The notes under the pieces are model-generated. The model was not told the DNA's origin. It saw nothing but the letters and a program-made list of their open reading frames with translations, and did not search any database. Source: an uncultured Alphaproteobacteria bacterium (GTDB taxonomy: Bacteria > Pseudomonadota > Alphaproteobacteria > HIMB59 > GCA-002718135). Taken from it: 64,000 bases of DNA. Of this stretch, positions 21,912 to 35,469 are shown piece by piece. The position numbers were made by a program, and so were the translations under genes. Numbering within the stretch: position 1 is the stretch's first letter; each line of letters starts with the position of its first letter. Where the stretch lies: NCBI GenBank assembly GCA_902595425.1, contig CACJPV010000003.1:5227-69226 (forward strand). The letters are read 5' to 3'.

Positions 21912-22263
21912 TACTTCATCAAAATTAACAGATACAATTTATGGCATTCTTGATGATGCAAAAACTGAAGATATAAAAATTATTAATTTAAGAGAAAAAT
22001 CTTCTGTGGCAGACTATTTTATTATTTCTACATGCCGCTCTACAAGACATGCAGAAGCAACAGCTGATGAACTATCAAAAAAATTAAAAAAATTAGGAAT
22101 TAAAATTCCAACACCAGAGGGTAGACCTAAATGTGATTGGGTGATTGTTGATGCTGGTTCTGTTATTGTGCATTTATTTAAAAAGGAAACTCGGGAAATA
22201 TATAATTTAGAACAATTGTGGGAAATTAACTTTGAATCTGAAAAAAATAAACTAGCTAATTAA
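21907..22263 (+). CDS. rsfS: Ribosome silencing factor RsfS (Iojap), probably starting at ATT 21907
   Basis: ILDDAKTEDIKIINL…ADYFII…DWVIVDAGSVIVHLF…RE.YNLEQLW; the conserved N-terminus lies upstream of the ORF-track GTG at 22006. Confidence 0.88.
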   Translation: MNTSSKLTDTIYGILDDAKTEDIKIINLREKSSVADYFIISTCRSTRHAEATADELSKKLKKLGIKIPTPEGRPKCDWVIVDAGSVIVHLFKKETREIYNLEQLWEINFESEKNKLAN

Positions 22264-22275
22264 AAGGTAAAACAG

Positions 22276-23565
22276 ATGAGACTTATTATAAGCAATTTAT
22301 TATTTCTATCCATTCTATTTGGATCTACTACATCTTTTAGCGTTTCTAAAAATAAAGAAACATATGAATACCTTGATCTATTTGGAAAAGTATTTGATAG
22401 AGTTCGTTCTGAGTATGTCGAAGAAGTAACTGATCAAGAATTAATTGAAAAGGCAATAGATGGCATGTTGACTGGTCTTGACCCTCATTCCGGATACATG
22501 AATGAAGAAGTATGGCAAGAAATGCAAATGGATACTCAGGGAAAATTTGGTGGTTTAGGAATTGAAATAACTATGGAAGAAGGTTTCGTGAAAGTTATTT
22601 CACCTATTGAAGATAGCCCGGCATACGAAGCAGGAATTTTAGCAGGAGATTTTATTGTTCAAATTGATGATACGCCTGTCTTTGGTTTAACACTAAATGA
22701 ATCAGTTGAATTAATGCGCGGTGAAAAAGGCAAAGCAGTAAAGTTGACAATTTCAAGGGAAGGTATGGAGCTTTTTGAGGTTACTGTTGTAAGAGACATC
22801 ATAAAAATACAATCTGTTAAACACGACATATACAATAATATTGGGTATCTAAGAATTACCTCTTTTACTGAGCAAACAGAAGAGGGATTGTTAAAATCTA
22901 TAAATACAATTCAAGAAGAATATAAAGATATAAAGGGCTATGTTCTCGATTTGCGATCAAATCCAGGAGGTTTACTTAATCAGGCTGTAAAAGTTACGGA
23001 TATTTTCTTAAAGCGTGGTGAAATAGTCTCAACAAGAGGTCGAGAAACAAAAGATATAAAAAGATACAGAGCAAAAAATAAAGATCTTACTAATGGTAAG
23101 CCAATTGTAGTTATCATAAATGGTGGTTCTGCATCTGCCTCTGAAATAGTTGCAGGAGCACTACAAGATCATAAGCGAGCAATAGTAATAGGCACACAAT
23201 CATTTGGTAAAGGATCAGTTCAAACAATTATACCATTTCAAAGATCTAACTCTGATAATATTTCTGGAATAAGATTAACAACTGCAAGGTATTACACACC
23301 TTCTGGTGAATCAATTCAAGGTAAAGGAATTACTCCTGACATAATTATAGAGCAAGGTGAATTTGAGTCATTTGACTTTAAGAGATATTCTGAGTCTGAT
23401 TTAAAAGACTCATTAGATAAAGAAGAAAATAATTTTAATAATAAAGAAGAAGACAATGTCGAATTAAGTGAGAAAGAAGAGAGATTGGCAAGGGATTATC
23501 AGCTTAGAAGAGCATTAGACTTAATTCGAGGTTTAAATATATTCGAAGAGTCAATTGAAGAGTAA
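22276..23565 (+). CDS. ctpA: Carboxy-terminal processing protease (S41)
   Basis: Signal peptide, LDPHS, PDZ GGLGIE, LDLRSNPGG, SASASEIVAGAL, SFGKGSVQ, TTARYYTPSG. Confidence 0.93.
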   Translation: MRLIISNLLFLSILFGSTTSFSVSKNKETYEYLDLFGKVFDRVRSEYVEEVTDQELIEKAIDGMLTGLDPHSGYMNEEVWQEMQMDTQGKFGGLGIEITMEEGFVKVISPIEDSPAYEAGILAGDFIVQIDDTPVFGLTLNESVELMRGEKGKAVKLTISREGMELFEVTVVRDIIKIQSVKHDIYNNIGYLRITSFTEQTEEGLLKSINTIQEEYKDIKGYVLDLRSNPGGLLNQAVKVTDIFLKRGEIVSTRGRETKDIKRYRAKNKDLTNGKPIVVIINGGSASASEIVAGALQDHKRAIVIGTQSFGKGSVQTIIPFQRSNSDNISGIRLTTARYYTPSGESIQGKGITPDIIIEQGEFESFDFKRYSESDLKDSLDKEENNFNNKEEDNVELSEKEERLARDYQLRRALDLIRGLNIFEESIEE

Positions 23566-23566
23566 T

Positions 23567-24031
23567 ATGACAAAACAGTATAGAAAATGTGTTGGCATGA
23601 TGATTTTAAATTCTGAAAACAAGATACTTGTTGGAAGACGTTTAGATCATCCAAGTGGTTATTGGCAAATGCCACAGGGTGGTATTGATGATAACGAAAA
23701 GCCTGAAGAAGCTGTTTGGCGAGAAATGATGGAAGAGATTGGGACAAATAATGCTGACTTACATAAAATTTCTTCACAATGGATTAATTATGAAATTCCA
23801 GAGGAGACCTTAAAACACCTTCCATGGGGGAAAACTTACATTGGTCAAACTCAAAAATGGTTTATTTTTAATTTTACTGGAAATGATGAAGACATCAATG
23901 TTGAAACACAAAATCCAGAATTTAGTGAATGGAAGTGGATAGAACATTTAGAACTTATTGAAAATGCAGTCCCTTTTAAAAGAAAAGTTTACGAGACTGT
24001 ATTAACTGAATTTGAAGAAACTTTTAAATAA
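23567..24031 (+). CDS. rppH: RNA pyrophosphohydrolase
   Basis: WQMPQGGID…REMMEEIG Nudix box, GQTQKWF, PEFSEWKW, VPFKR. Confidence 0.92.
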   Translation: MTKQYRKCVGMMILNSENKILVGRRLDHPSGYWQMPQGGIDDNEKPEEAVWREMMEEIGTNNADLHKISSQWINYEIPEETLKHLPWGKTYIGQTQKWFIFNFTGNDEDINVETQNPEFSEWKWIEHLELIENAVPFKRKVYETVLTEFEETFK

Positions 24032-24429
24032 CTAAATTTTTTCGTAAAAACTAGAGTCAAGTGCCACAATTTTTGCTTTAGCAATTGCTAATTGTTCTTT
24101 AGCTGCATCTGTTTCTTGACCACTTAGCTCCTCAATTTCTTTTTCAATAGATGGCTTTTCAATTGTATTTATTTCATCAACACTCTCTGCCAAAACAATA
24201 CATTTTTCTGGGTTAACTTCAGCAAAACCTCCAGAAACAAAGAAAGCCTTGAGTAAGTTCTTATCTTCACCATAAACCATTACTCTTCCAGGTCTTAATG
24301 AAGACATTACTTTGCTATGTCCAGGAAGAACACCAAAATCGCCATCCTTTCCTGGAACAATAATCATACCAACCTCATCATTAAAAATAAGATTTTCCGG
24401 TGAAACTAAATCAAAAGAAATTGTTGCCA

Positions 24430-24430
<1 letters not shown>
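24032..24430 (-). CDS. atpC: ATP synthase F1 epsilon subunit
   Basis: LVSPE, GDFGVLPGH, VSGGFAEV. Confidence 0.95.
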
Positions 24431-26759
<2,329 letters not shown>

Positions 26760-26762
26760 TAA

Positions 26763-28298
26763 TTAGTTACTCGTAAATTTTTCAACAAGATTATCTAAGA
26801 TTGATTTTAGTTTATCATCATTTTCTTGAGATAATTCTTTTTCATTTGCGATAGCATCTAATAAGTCTGTATGATTAGTTCTAATTTCGCTTAAGATTTC
26901 TAACTCAAAACGTACTACATCACCTACTGCTACTTTATCCAAATATCCTCGAACACCCGCATAAATAGAGACAACTTGCTCAGAAACTGTTAGTGGTGAA
27001 TACTGACCCTGTTTTAAAATTTCAACAAGTCTTGCACCTCTATCAAGTAGTTGTTTTGTGGATGCATCAAGATCTGATGCAAACTGAGCAAATGCAGCCA
27101 TCTCACGATACTGAGCAAGTTCCAGTTTTACTGGACCAGCAATTTTTTTCATTGCTTTTGTTTGTGCAGCAGATCCGACACGACTAACCGACAAACCAAC
27201 GTTAATGGCAGGTCGAATACCAGCAAAGAATAGGTTAGTTTCCAAGAATATTTGTCCATCAGTAATGGATATAACATTCGTTGGAATATAAGCAGACAAG
27301 TCACCAGCTTGAGTTTCAATAATTGGCAGGGCAGTTAAACTTCCGCCACCATGCTCATCACTCATCTTTGCTGCTCTTTCGAGTAGACGACTATGAATAT
27401 AAAATACGTCACCTGGATATGCTTCACGCCCTGGAGGTCTTCTTAATAAAAGTGACATTTGTCTGTATGCAACAGCTTGTTTTGATAAATCATCATAAAC
27501 AATTAATGCATGCATTCCATTGTCTCTAAAATATTCACCCATTGTACAACCAGTGTAAGCAGATAGGAATTGTAAAGGCGCAGGTTCTGATGCAGTTGCA
27601 GATACAACGATTGTGTATTCCATTGCTCCGTTGTCTTCTAAAGTTTTAACAATTTGTGCAACTGTTGATCTTTTTTGACCAATAGCAACATAAATACAGT
27701 AGAGTTTTTCTTTTTCATTATTTGATTGGTTAACTGACTTTTGGTTAAGAATAGTATCAATAGCTACTGCTGTCTTTCCTGTTTGTCTATCACCAATAAT
27801 AAGTTCACGCTGACCTCTACCAACAGGAACAAGAGCATCAAGAGCTTTGATACCAGTCTGCATTGGCTCGGATACACTTTGACGAGGAATAATTCCTGGA
27901 GCTTTTAATTCAATTCTTCTTTTTTCAGATGATTGAATTGGACCTTTTCCATCAATTGGATTTCCTAAACCATCAACTACACGACCTAATAATTCTTTAC
28001 CAACAGGGACATCAACGATTTCACCTGTTCTTTTAACTGTATCACCTTCTTTAATACCTGTATCATCGCCGAAGATTGAAACACCTACGTTATCCATTTC
28101 AAGGTTGAGGGCCATACCTTTGATACCACCTGGGAATTCCACCATCTCACCAGCTTGTACTTGATCGAGACCATACACACGTGCAATACCATCTCCTACA
28201 CTTAATACAGTTCCAACCTCAGCAACATCTGCTTTGGTTTCAAAATTGGCAATCTGATCTTTAATTACTGATGAAATTTCAGCTGCTTTAATTTCCAT
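26763..28298 (-). CDS. atpA: ATP synthase F1 alpha subunit
   Basis: [33 protein letters not shown]. Confidence 0.99.
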   Translation of the reverse strand: MEIKAAEISSVIKDQIANFETKADVAEVGTVLSVGDGIARVYGLDQVQAGEMVEFPGGIKGMALNLEMDNVGVSIFGDDTGIKEGDTVKRTGEIVDVPVGKELLGRVVDGLGNPIDGKGPIQSSEKRRIELKAPGIIPRQSVSEPMQTGIKALDALVPVGRGQRELIIGDRQTGKTAVAIDTILNQKSVNQSNNEKEKLYCIYVAIGQKRSTVAQIVKTLEDNGAMEYTIVVSATASEPAPLQFLSAYTGCTMGEYFRDNGMHALIVYDDLSKQAVAYRQMSLLLRRPPGREAYPGDVFYIHSRLLERAAKMSDEHGGGSLTALPIIETQAGDLSAYIPTNVISITDGQIFLETNLFFAGIRPAINVGLSVSRVGSAAQTKAMKKIAGPVKLELAQYREMAAFAQFASDLDASTKQLLDRGARLVEILKQGQYSPLTVSEQVVSIYAGVRGYLDKVAVGDVVRFELEILSEIRTNHTDLLDAIANEKELSQENDDKLKSILDNLVEKFTSN

Positions 28299-28855
28299 TA
28301 CGCCCCCTTCATTGCGATTTTTAGTTTGTTTATTTTATTAGCAAGTGATGTATCAATCATTTTTGATCCCACTTTAACAATTAATCCACCCATAATATTT
28401 TTATCAACATCAAATGACAGCGACAGCTTATCACCTAAGATGCTCTTTAATTGATTTGTAATATTATTTTTTTGATCATCGTTTAACTCATCAGCTGAAG
28501 TTATATCAGCAATTACATCACCTCTCTTTTGAGAATTAATATTGATAAATTGAGTTATGATTGATGCAAGGTTAGAAAATCTTTTATTTTTTTCAATAAC
28601 TTTAATGAATGTATTAGTTAGTTCATTTGCATTTATTTTTTTCAATAAAGTTTCAAATATATTTTGTTTGTCCGACGAAGATATAAGAGGGCTTTTTACA
28701 ACTAAACTTAATTCTTTGTTATCCTTCAAAATATTTTTTAAATTAGAAAGATCATTTAAAACAGAATCAACGAGTTTTTTTTCTGCAGCCAATTCATATA
28801 GTGCAGACGCATATCGATCTGATACTAGGTTTCCAGATGCAAGTTGTGATGCCAT
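28298..28855 (-). CDS. atpH: ATP synthase F1 delta subunit (start ATG 28855)
   Basis: [28 protein letters not shown]; GGAGAG SD upstream. Confidence 0.95.
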   Translation of the reverse strand: MASQLASGNLVSDRYASALYELAAEKKLVDSVLNDLSNLKNILKDNKELSLVVKSPLISSSDKQNIFETLLKKINANELTNTFIKVIEKNKRFSNLASIITQFININSQKRGDVIADITSADELNDDQKNNITNQLKSILGDKLSLSFDVDKNIMGGLIVKVGSKMIDTSLANKINKLKIAMKGA

Positions 28856-28975
28856 TAAAATACTCTCCGTAAGGAATTGGTGACAGGCTATTAGCACATC
28901 AGAAAAAGCAGGTAAACTCCCAGTTTATGCGTCAAATATGCTATTTTTTATATTTTAACTCAAATTGTGAATAAA

Positions 28976-30928
28976 TTACATGAATGTGTAGGGGTCAACG
29001 TCAATTACAACCCTCACAGTAGAGGGTATTTTGTTAGAATTGATCATTTTTTTGGTAAAAATATTCAATTTTTTCCTGCTGTTACCCTTTAGTAAAATTC
29101 TGTATCGATACTTACCTTTAAGTAAATTGATAGGAGCCTCTACTGGACCTAAAACAGTTATCTTATCTGAATTTTTTCTTGAATAAACTAATTGTTGAGC
29201 ACTTTTCTCAACATTTGCTTTTGATGAACCTGAAATTATAACAGCAGTCATATATCCAAAAGGAGGAATGTTGAATTGCTCTCTTTCTGCAAGAGCTTGA
29301 TTAATAAAGGAGGAACGATCTCTTTTTTGTAATGATTGAATTATAGGTTGCTCAGGATAATAGGTTTGAATAATTACCTTACCTGACTGCTGAGATCTTC
29401 CAGCTCTGCCGCTTACTTGTTGCAATATATTGTATGTCTTTTCAATAGCACGCATATCACCTCCAAATAAACCTGCATCTGCATCAATAACGCCAACCAA
29501 AGATAGATTTGCAAAATCATATCCTTTAGCCATAATTTGTGTGGCAACAATAATGTCAATTTCTTTGTTAGAAAATTTAATTACTAATTCTTTTATCTTT
29601 TTTGGAGAATTTATAATATCACTTGACATTACACTCACTACCTTATCAGGATAAGTTTGACTAAGCTCTTCAGCAACTCGCTCAACACCTGGTCCAATGA
29701 ATTTGATTGAGTCTTTTGCTAAGCATGTAGGACAGTCTAAACTCATTTCTTTTATGCTACCGCATTGATGGCAAAGTAATCTTGTTTTTTGCTGGTGCAT
29801 TACTAACCAAGAAGAGCATTGATTGCATTGGTGTCTATAGCCACACTCAACACATAAACTTAAAGGCGAATATCCTCTTCTATTTAAAAATATTAAAGCT
29901 TGCTCTTTGTTCTTTAAACACTGATCTATTTCAGACTTAAGTAAATTGGATATCCATTGATTTTTTTCTAATTTATTTTTTGATAAATCAACTAAAGTAA
30001 TTTTAGGAAGCGGAAGCCCTGAGTATTGTTTGGATAAAAAAACATGATGGTATTTTTTGTTATTAATATTATTTACTGTTTCTAAAGATGGAGTGGCTGA
30101 AGCTAGAATTAATTTGCTTTTTTCAAAATTAGATTTTACCACTGCTAAATCTCTTGCTTGGTAACGAATGTTATCTTCTTGCTTATATGAAGGGTCGTGT
30201 TCTTCATCAATGACTGTTAAAGTTAAATTCTTGAATGGAAGAAAAAGACTTGATCGTGCTCCGATGATAACACAGGGCTCACCTTCAAAACATTTGTGCC
30301 AAATTTCCTTTCGTTTTTTAGGCGTAATTTTTGAATGCCATACATCAATATCTATTCCAAATCTTTCTTTAAATCTGTTTTCTAATTGAGGAGTTAAACT
30401 TATTTCTGGAACCATTATAAGCACTTGCTTTGATCTTTTAATGTCGAGTTCAATAAGTTCAAAATACACTTCTGTTTTTCCAGAGCCTGTCACCCCCTCC
30501 AACACAATTGGCTTGTGAGATGTTTCTTGAATCTGAATAATTTTTTCTTTTGCTTGATATTGTTCTTTATTTAATTTGACTGATTTAAAAACTGGTTCAT
30601 GTAAAATTTGATTAGTGTGCTCGTAACTAACAATGTCTTTATTAATGATAAATAATTTCAAAACTGATCCGATAGGCGCTAGAGTATATTCGCTCACCCA
30701 CTTTAAAAATTTTATATTTATGTCACTGAGTTGTAAGCCTTCTAAAACTGTATTAATTTTTTTAATTGTATACTCAGGTTTTACAACATCGCCTTCCATA
30801 ATCATCCCCACTTCCATGGTTTTTCCAAAAGGAACAATTACAATTTGACCTATTTTTAATGTAGGATCATCCGCCTCATACGTAAAGACTCGATCAAAGG
30901 GCCTAGCTACAACAATGTTATAATACAT
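28976..30928 (-). CDS. priA: Primosomal protein N'
   Basis: GVTGSGKTEVY, DEEHD, LNRRGY, four CxxC zinc motifs, QVSGRAGR, IDVDP. Confidence 0.95.
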   Translation of the reverse strand: MYYNIVVARPFDRVFTYEADDPTLKIGQIVIVPFGKTMEVGMIMEGDVVKPEYTIKKINTVLEGLQLSDINIKFLKWVSEYTLAPIGSVLKLFIINKDIVSYEHTNQILHEPVFKSVKLNKEQYQAKEKIIQIQETSHKPIVLEGVTGSGKTEVYFELIELDIKRSKQVLIMVPEISLTPQLENRFKERFGIDIDVWHSKITPKKRKEIWHKCFEGEPCVIIGARSSLFLPFKNLTLTVIDEEHDPSYKQEDNIRYQARDLAVVKSNFEKSKLILASATPSLETVNNINNKKYHHVFLSKQYSGLPLPKITLVDLSKNKLEKNQWISNLLKSEIDQCLKNKEQALIFLNRRGYSPLSLCVECGYRHQCNQCSSWLVMHQQKTRLLCHQCGSIKEMSLDCPTCLAKDSIKFIGPGVERVAEELSQTYPDKVVSVMSSDIINSPKKIKELVIKFSNKEIDIIVATQIMAKGYDFANLSLVGVIDADAGLFGGDMRAIEKTYNILQQVSGRAGRSQQSGKVIIQTYYPEQPIIQSLQKRDRSSFINQALAEREQFNIPPFGYMTAVIISGSSKANVEKSAQQLVYSRKNSDKITVLGPVEAPINLLKGKYRYRILLKGNSRKKLNIFTKKMINSNKIPSTVRVVIDVDPYTFM

Positions 30929-30991
30929 ATACGATAATAATTTTTATATTCTTAACTTTTTAAATATCACTTATATGATATACAGCAATCA

Positions 30992-31651
30992 ATGAAATTT
31001 TTTGTAGATACAGCAGATATAAAACAAATTGAAGAACTTATCCCAACTGGATTCGTAAATGGTGTTACAACAAATCCATCACTTATTGCAAAAAATGGTG
31101 ATGATATGGCAAAAACTATCAAAGCAATTTGTTCTATAGTTGATGGTCCAGTTAGCGCAGAGGTTACTGCTACTGATTTTGATACGATGTTACAAGAAGG
31201 AGAGTACCTAGCTTCTCTTGCTAAAAATGTTGCAGTAAAGGTTCCGTTGACACCAAATGGTCTTCGAACCTGTAAAACCCTGCGAGAGAAAAATATCATG
31301 GTTAATGTGACTTTGTGTTTCACTGCATCACAAGCATTATTAGCTGCAAAAGCAGGCGCTTCATTTATATCTCCCTTTGTGGGCAGACTTGATGATCTAG
31401 GAGAAAACGGAATGGATCTTATAGAAGACATCGTGGATATATATGATAACTACAATTTTGATACAGAAGTGCTAGTTGCATCAGTGCGATCTACCCAGCA
31501 CATCATTGATGCGGCAGTTATAGGAGCTGATGTTGCAACATTACCACCAAAAGTTATCCATGAATTATATAACCACCCTTTAACAGAAAAGGGTTTAAAC
31601 GCCTTTTTGGATGATTGGAAAAAAACAGGACAATCTATCCTTCCCAAATAA
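30992..31651 (+). CDS. tal: Transaldolase (FSA/TalC family, transaldolase-type residues)
   Basis: FFVDTA, GVTTNPSLI, VSAEV (Glu), VKVP Schiff-base Lys, SPFVGRLDD (Phe). Confidence 0.9.
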   Translation: MKFFVDTADIKQIEELIPTGFVNGVTTNPSLIAKNGDDMAKTIKAICSIVDGPVSAEVTATDFDTMLQEGEYLASLAKNVAVKVPLTPNGLRTCKTLREKNIMVNVTLCFTASQALLAAKAGASFISPFVGRLDDLGENGMDLIEDIVDIYDNYNFDTEVLVASVRSTQHIIDAAVIGADVATLPPKVIHELYNHPLTEKGLNAFLDDWKKTGQSILPK

Positions 31652-32311
31652 ATGACAAAAAAAAATGATAACAGTTCTAATGAAGAGCTTGTTAAGAATT
31701 TTTTAAAAAAAAATAAAAACTTTTTCATCAAATATCCTGAACTTTTAAAAGAAATTCAATTTCCGCTAAGGGATGAAGAATCAAACAAAGTAATTGATCT
31801 GCAGGTATATCGTTACAAAAAAATTAATCAAGAAAACATCAATTTACAAAATCAAATGACCCAGATTTTGCTTGCTGGCAAAAGTCATATGCAATCTCAA
31901 AAAAGAATTTTGAAATCATCACTTAAAATTCTTAATAGCAAATCATTAGCAAAGGTATTTGGTGTTATTTTATCAGACTTTAAAACTCTCCTCGGATGTG
32001 ACTATATTAATTGTTTTAGTACAAATAATAATATTGGCATCAATGAAGTTCAAAAATTAGATACACGCGTAGCAAAAAGTTATTTTCGTGACAAAGCAAT
32101 GACAAACTTAAATCAAAATCCAAAAGGTGTCTTGTTATTTTTTCCCAATAAATCAGCACAAATCAAATCCTATATTTTATTAAAAATTAATTATCAGGAA
32201 GATATGTTTGTTGTTGCTATGGGATCAAAAAATATCAATAAATTTAATCCTGATCAACAAGTTGATCTCATTGAATACTTAATTAAGATTATTGAAATAA
32301 AAATTAATTGA
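31652..32311 (+). CDS. DUF484-family (YigA-like) protein
   Basis: VKNFLKKNKNFFIKYPELL…VIDLQ N-terminus, C-terminal GS…F…Q…DLIEYL; position after transaldolase. Confidence 0.65.
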   Translation: MTKKNDNSSNEELVKNFLKKNKNFFIKYPELLKEIQFPLRDEESNKVIDLQVYRYKKINQENINLQNQMTQILLAGKSHMQSQKRILKSSLKILNSKSLAKVFGVILSDFKTLLGCDYINCFSTNNNIGINEVQKLDTRVAKSYFRDKAMTNLNQNPKGVLLFFPNKSAQIKSYILLKINYQEDMFVVAMGSKNINKFNPDQQVDLIEYLIKIIEIKIN

Positions 32312-32327
32312 TAAAAAAGGAGCATAC

Positions 32328-32534
32328 ATGAAAGGTTATAGATTTATTACAGATGATGATACTTCAGAATTTTGTCACCGCGTAACAGAAGCATTATCTA
32401 ATGGATGGAAGTTGCACGGTGAACCACAAATGATATTTGATAAAAAAAGAGGAGTAATGCGATGTGGTCAAGCAGTGATAAAAAATGCTCCTAGAAAAAA
32501 ATATTCAAAAAAAATGTCACTGAGCTCTATTTAA
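32328..32534 (+). CDS. DUF1737-family small protein
   Basis: YRFIT.DDTSEFCHRVTEALSNGWKLHGEP…RCGQAVIK; AGGAG SD. Confidence 0.75.
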   Translation: MKGYRFITDDDTSEFCHRVTEALSNGWKLHGEPQMIFDKKRGVMRCGQAVIKNAPRKKYSKKMSLSSI

Positions 32535-32566
32535 TTTTTTAGAAATATAAAAATTGAATTATAAAA

Positions 32567-33880
32567 ATGTCTAATAGAGCTTCCATTGGCAATATTGTAA
32601 AATTATCAATTCCAATTTTTTTTGCTAATCTTGTCATTCCGTTAGTAGCCATTGTAGACACAGGCTTAATGGGAAATCTAGATAATGCTAGTTATCTAAC
32701 CGCTACAAGCATTGCCACCAGTGTATTTTCACTAATCTTTTGGAGTTTTGGTTTTCTTAGAATGGGCACTGTTGGTTTGGTAGCCCAGGCTTATGGCTCT
32801 GAGAAATACGAAGAGATTGTTAATTTAGTTTTTCGAAATATTTCTTTTGTCATTTTTATTTCGCTGCTTTTAATTTTATGTCAGAAATACATTTTTATAA
32901 TTGCATTAAGTATTTTTGAATTATCAGATGAAACTACAAAATATTTTAAAGAATATTTTGAATTACGTATCTACTCTTCTTTTGGTGAACTAAGTATCTT
33001 TATAATAACAGGAGTATTTATTGGTTTACAAAGAACAACCGTATCAAGCATAGCAGTAGGTTTTTTTTCAATCACTAATATTTTATTCAGTGTAATATTT
33101 GTTATTTACTTTAACTTAGATGTTAAAGGTGTTGCTCTTGGAACAGTAATATCATCGACACTGACCGCTATAATTTTTTTGACTTATACATTCTATGAAT
33201 TACAAAAATTTACATCAATAAAAATTGATGTAGCAAATATATTTAATTTAAAAGAAATTCAAAAATTATTTAGCATCAATTTAGATATATTTATTAGATC
33301 AGCTCTTCTCACATTTTCGTTTATTTTTTTTACCTACTTAGGAAATAAGATTAGTGAAGATGTGGTGGCAGCCAATACAATTTTACTAAATCTCATTATG
33401 CTATCTGCATTTATTTTAGATGCGTATGCATTTTCAACAGAAGGAATTGTTGGCTATTCTATTGGCTCCAAAAATAAAACATTACTAGCAAATGTAATTA
33501 AAAATTCATTTATCTTAAGCGCAACAACGGGGTTGTTGATTTCTATCATATATCTCTTGGGTAAAAATCAATTTATATCCATCATGACTGATCTACCTGA
33601 TATTAAAAATTTAAGCCTAGCACATTCTTATTGGGTCATATTCATTCCTTTTGTTTCCTCTTTTTGTTTTCAATTTGATGGTATTTTTATTGGGGCGTCA
33701 CAAACAAAAGAATTGCGGAATGCGATGATTGTATCTGTCACTATATATATAGTTTGTGCTATCTTCTTGGCAGATTCTTTTAGTAATACAGGCTTATGGA
33801 TATCACTTTGTATCTTTTTTATATTGAGAGCGTTATCTTTATTCTATTTCTTACCAAGAATTTATCAGCGGCTTCCATAA
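32567..33880 (+). CDS. MATE family efflux transporter (DinF-like)
   Basis: PLVAIVDTGLMG, FGFLRMGTVGLVAQ, DIFIRS, FQFDGIFIGA; about 12 TM segments. Confidence 0.88.
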   Translation: MSNRASIGNIVKLSIPIFFANLVIPLVAIVDTGLMGNLDNASYLTATSIATSVFSLIFWSFGFLRMGTVGLVAQAYGSEKYEEIVNLVFRNISFVIFISLLLILCQKYIFIIALSIFELSDETTKYFKEYFELRIYSSFGELSIFIITGVFIGLQRTTVSSIAVGFFSITNILFSVIFVIYFNLDVKGVALGTVISSTLTAIIFLTYTFYELQKFTSIKIDVANIFNLKEIQKLFSINLDIFIRSALLTFSFIFFTYLGNKISEDVVAANTILLNLIMLSAFILDAYAFSTEGIVGYSIGSKNKTLLANVIKNSFILSATTGLLISIIYLLGKNQFISIMTDLPDIKNLSLAHSYWVIFIPFVSSFCFQFDGIFIGASQTKELRNAMIVSVTIYIVCAIFLADSFSNTGLWISLCIFFILRALSLFYFLPRIYQRLP

Positions 33881-34029
33881 AGTTGCAAAAAACCAAATCA
33901 AGAGGCTGAATTAATGCTTACCTATAATTTTTAGATTTTCCATTTAGAAGATTAAATTGGTTTATCTTTTTTAAAATATAAAAAAAGAATTAATTTAAAT
34001 AAAGTATTGTTTAAATTTTATTTTAATAA

Positions 34030-35457
34030 TTACTCAATATTCACCATCACATGTCTTATGTTGGTATAATCTTCCAAGGCAAAAGAAGATAAATCTTTTC
34101 CATAACCAGAAGATTTTACTCCTCCATGAGGCATTTCAGTTGTTAGCATAAAGTGAGTGTTTACCCATGTACACCCATATTGTAACTGTGCAGCAGTTTT
34201 CATTCCTTTTTTAATATCTTTTGTCCAAACAGATGATGCCAAACCATACTTCGTATCATTTGCCCAATTAACTGCATCATCAACATTACTAAACGGTGTT
34301 AAGGATACAACAGGACCAAATACTTCATTTTTAGCAATGTCATCATCATGTTTTGCACCGGCAATTACAGTTGGTTTATAAAAGTTTCCTTTCTCACCCA
34401 GTTGAGATCCTCCAGTAGTAATCTCAATGTGCTTTAAAGACTTTGCTTTCTCAACAAAATTGGAAACTCTGTTTAAATGCTCTTGAGTAATAAGTGGTGG
34501 TATTTCGTTTTTTTCATCTTCATCATTTGCTAAACCAATTGAGGATACTGCAGAAGACAAATCAGCAACAACATTGTCATAAACTTTTTTATCAGCAAAT
34601 ATTCGGCAGGCAGCCGTACAATCTTGACCTGCATTATAATATCCAAATGCTCTTATTCCCTCAATTAATTGATCAATATCCGCATCATCATAAACTATAA
34701 CAGGTGCCTTACCACCTAATTCTAAATGTGTTTTTTTAATACTGTTACTAGCTGCCTCTAAAACTTTAGATCCTGTTGCGATATCTCCTGTTAAGGAAAT
34801 CATATTAACATCTTGATGATTAATTAGAGATGATCCAACAGTCTCTCCAATTCCATAAACAATATTCACAACTCCTTCAGGAAATACTTCTGCTAATAAT
34901 TCACTAATAAAAAAAGTTGTAAGCGGGGTCTGTTCAGATGGTTTAAGGACAACTGTATTTCCTGCTGCTAAAGCAGGTCCTAATTTCCAAGCAGCCATCA
35001 TTAAAGGATAATTCCACGGGGCAATTGAAGCTATAACTCCAACTGGATCTCGTCTTATCATACTTGTAAATCCTGCCATGTACTCACCTGCGGCAGCACC
35101 TGGCATATTTCTACAAGCTCCAGCATAGAATCTAAATACATCTGATATGGCAGGTAATTCATCATTTAATGCCAAGTGAAAAGGCTTACCTGTATTAAGA
35201 GATTCTAATTTTGCAATCTCTTCTGCTTTACTATCAATTAAGTCGGCAAGCTTTAGTAACATTCCCGAACGATCTGCTGGGGTAGTCTTTGACCATGTTG
35301 AAAATGCTTTTTTTGCTGCAGACACAGCTTTATTTACCTGCTCTTCACTTGATTGAGGAACCTCAACAATTAATTCTGAATTGACCGGATTAATAATTTT
35401 TTCTGGAGTAGAATCTCCTTGAATTAATTCGTTATTAATTAAAATATTTGTTTTCAT
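34030..35457 (-). CDS. patD: Gamma-aminobutyraldehyde dehydrogenase (YdcW/PatD-like)
   Basis: [46 protein letters not shown]; last gene of a ydcSTUV-like operon. Confidence 0.85.
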   Translation of the reverse strand: MKTNILINNELIQGDSTPEKIINPVNSELIVEVPQSSEEQVNKAVSAAKKAFSTWSKTTPADRSGMLLKLADLIDSKAEEIAKLESLNTGKPFHLALNDELPAISDVFRFYAGACRNMPGAAAGEYMAGFTSMIRRDPVGVIASIAPWNYPLMMAAWKLGPALAAGNTVVLKPSEQTPLTTFFISELLAEVFPEGVVNIVYGIGETVGSSLINHQDVNMISLTGDIATGSKVLEAASNSIKKTHLELGGKAPVIVYDDADIDQLIEGIRAFGYYNAGQDCTAACRIFADKKVYDNVVADLSSAVSSIGLANDEDEKNEIPPLITQEHLNRVSNFVEKAKSLKHIEITTGGSQLGEKGNFYKPTVIAGAKHDDDIAKNEVFGPVVSLTPFSNVDDAVNWANDTKYGLASSVWTKDIKKGMKTAAQLQYGCTWVNTHFMLTTEMPHGGVKSSGYGKDLSSFALEDYTNIRHVMVNIE

Positions 35458-35469
35458 TATTCCTCCTTA

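Noticed and set aside
33881-34029. 150-nt gap after the MATE gene as a gene remnant or sRNA
   Set aside because: Only a 10-codon minus-strand ORF, no convincing stem and no recognisable xerC remnant
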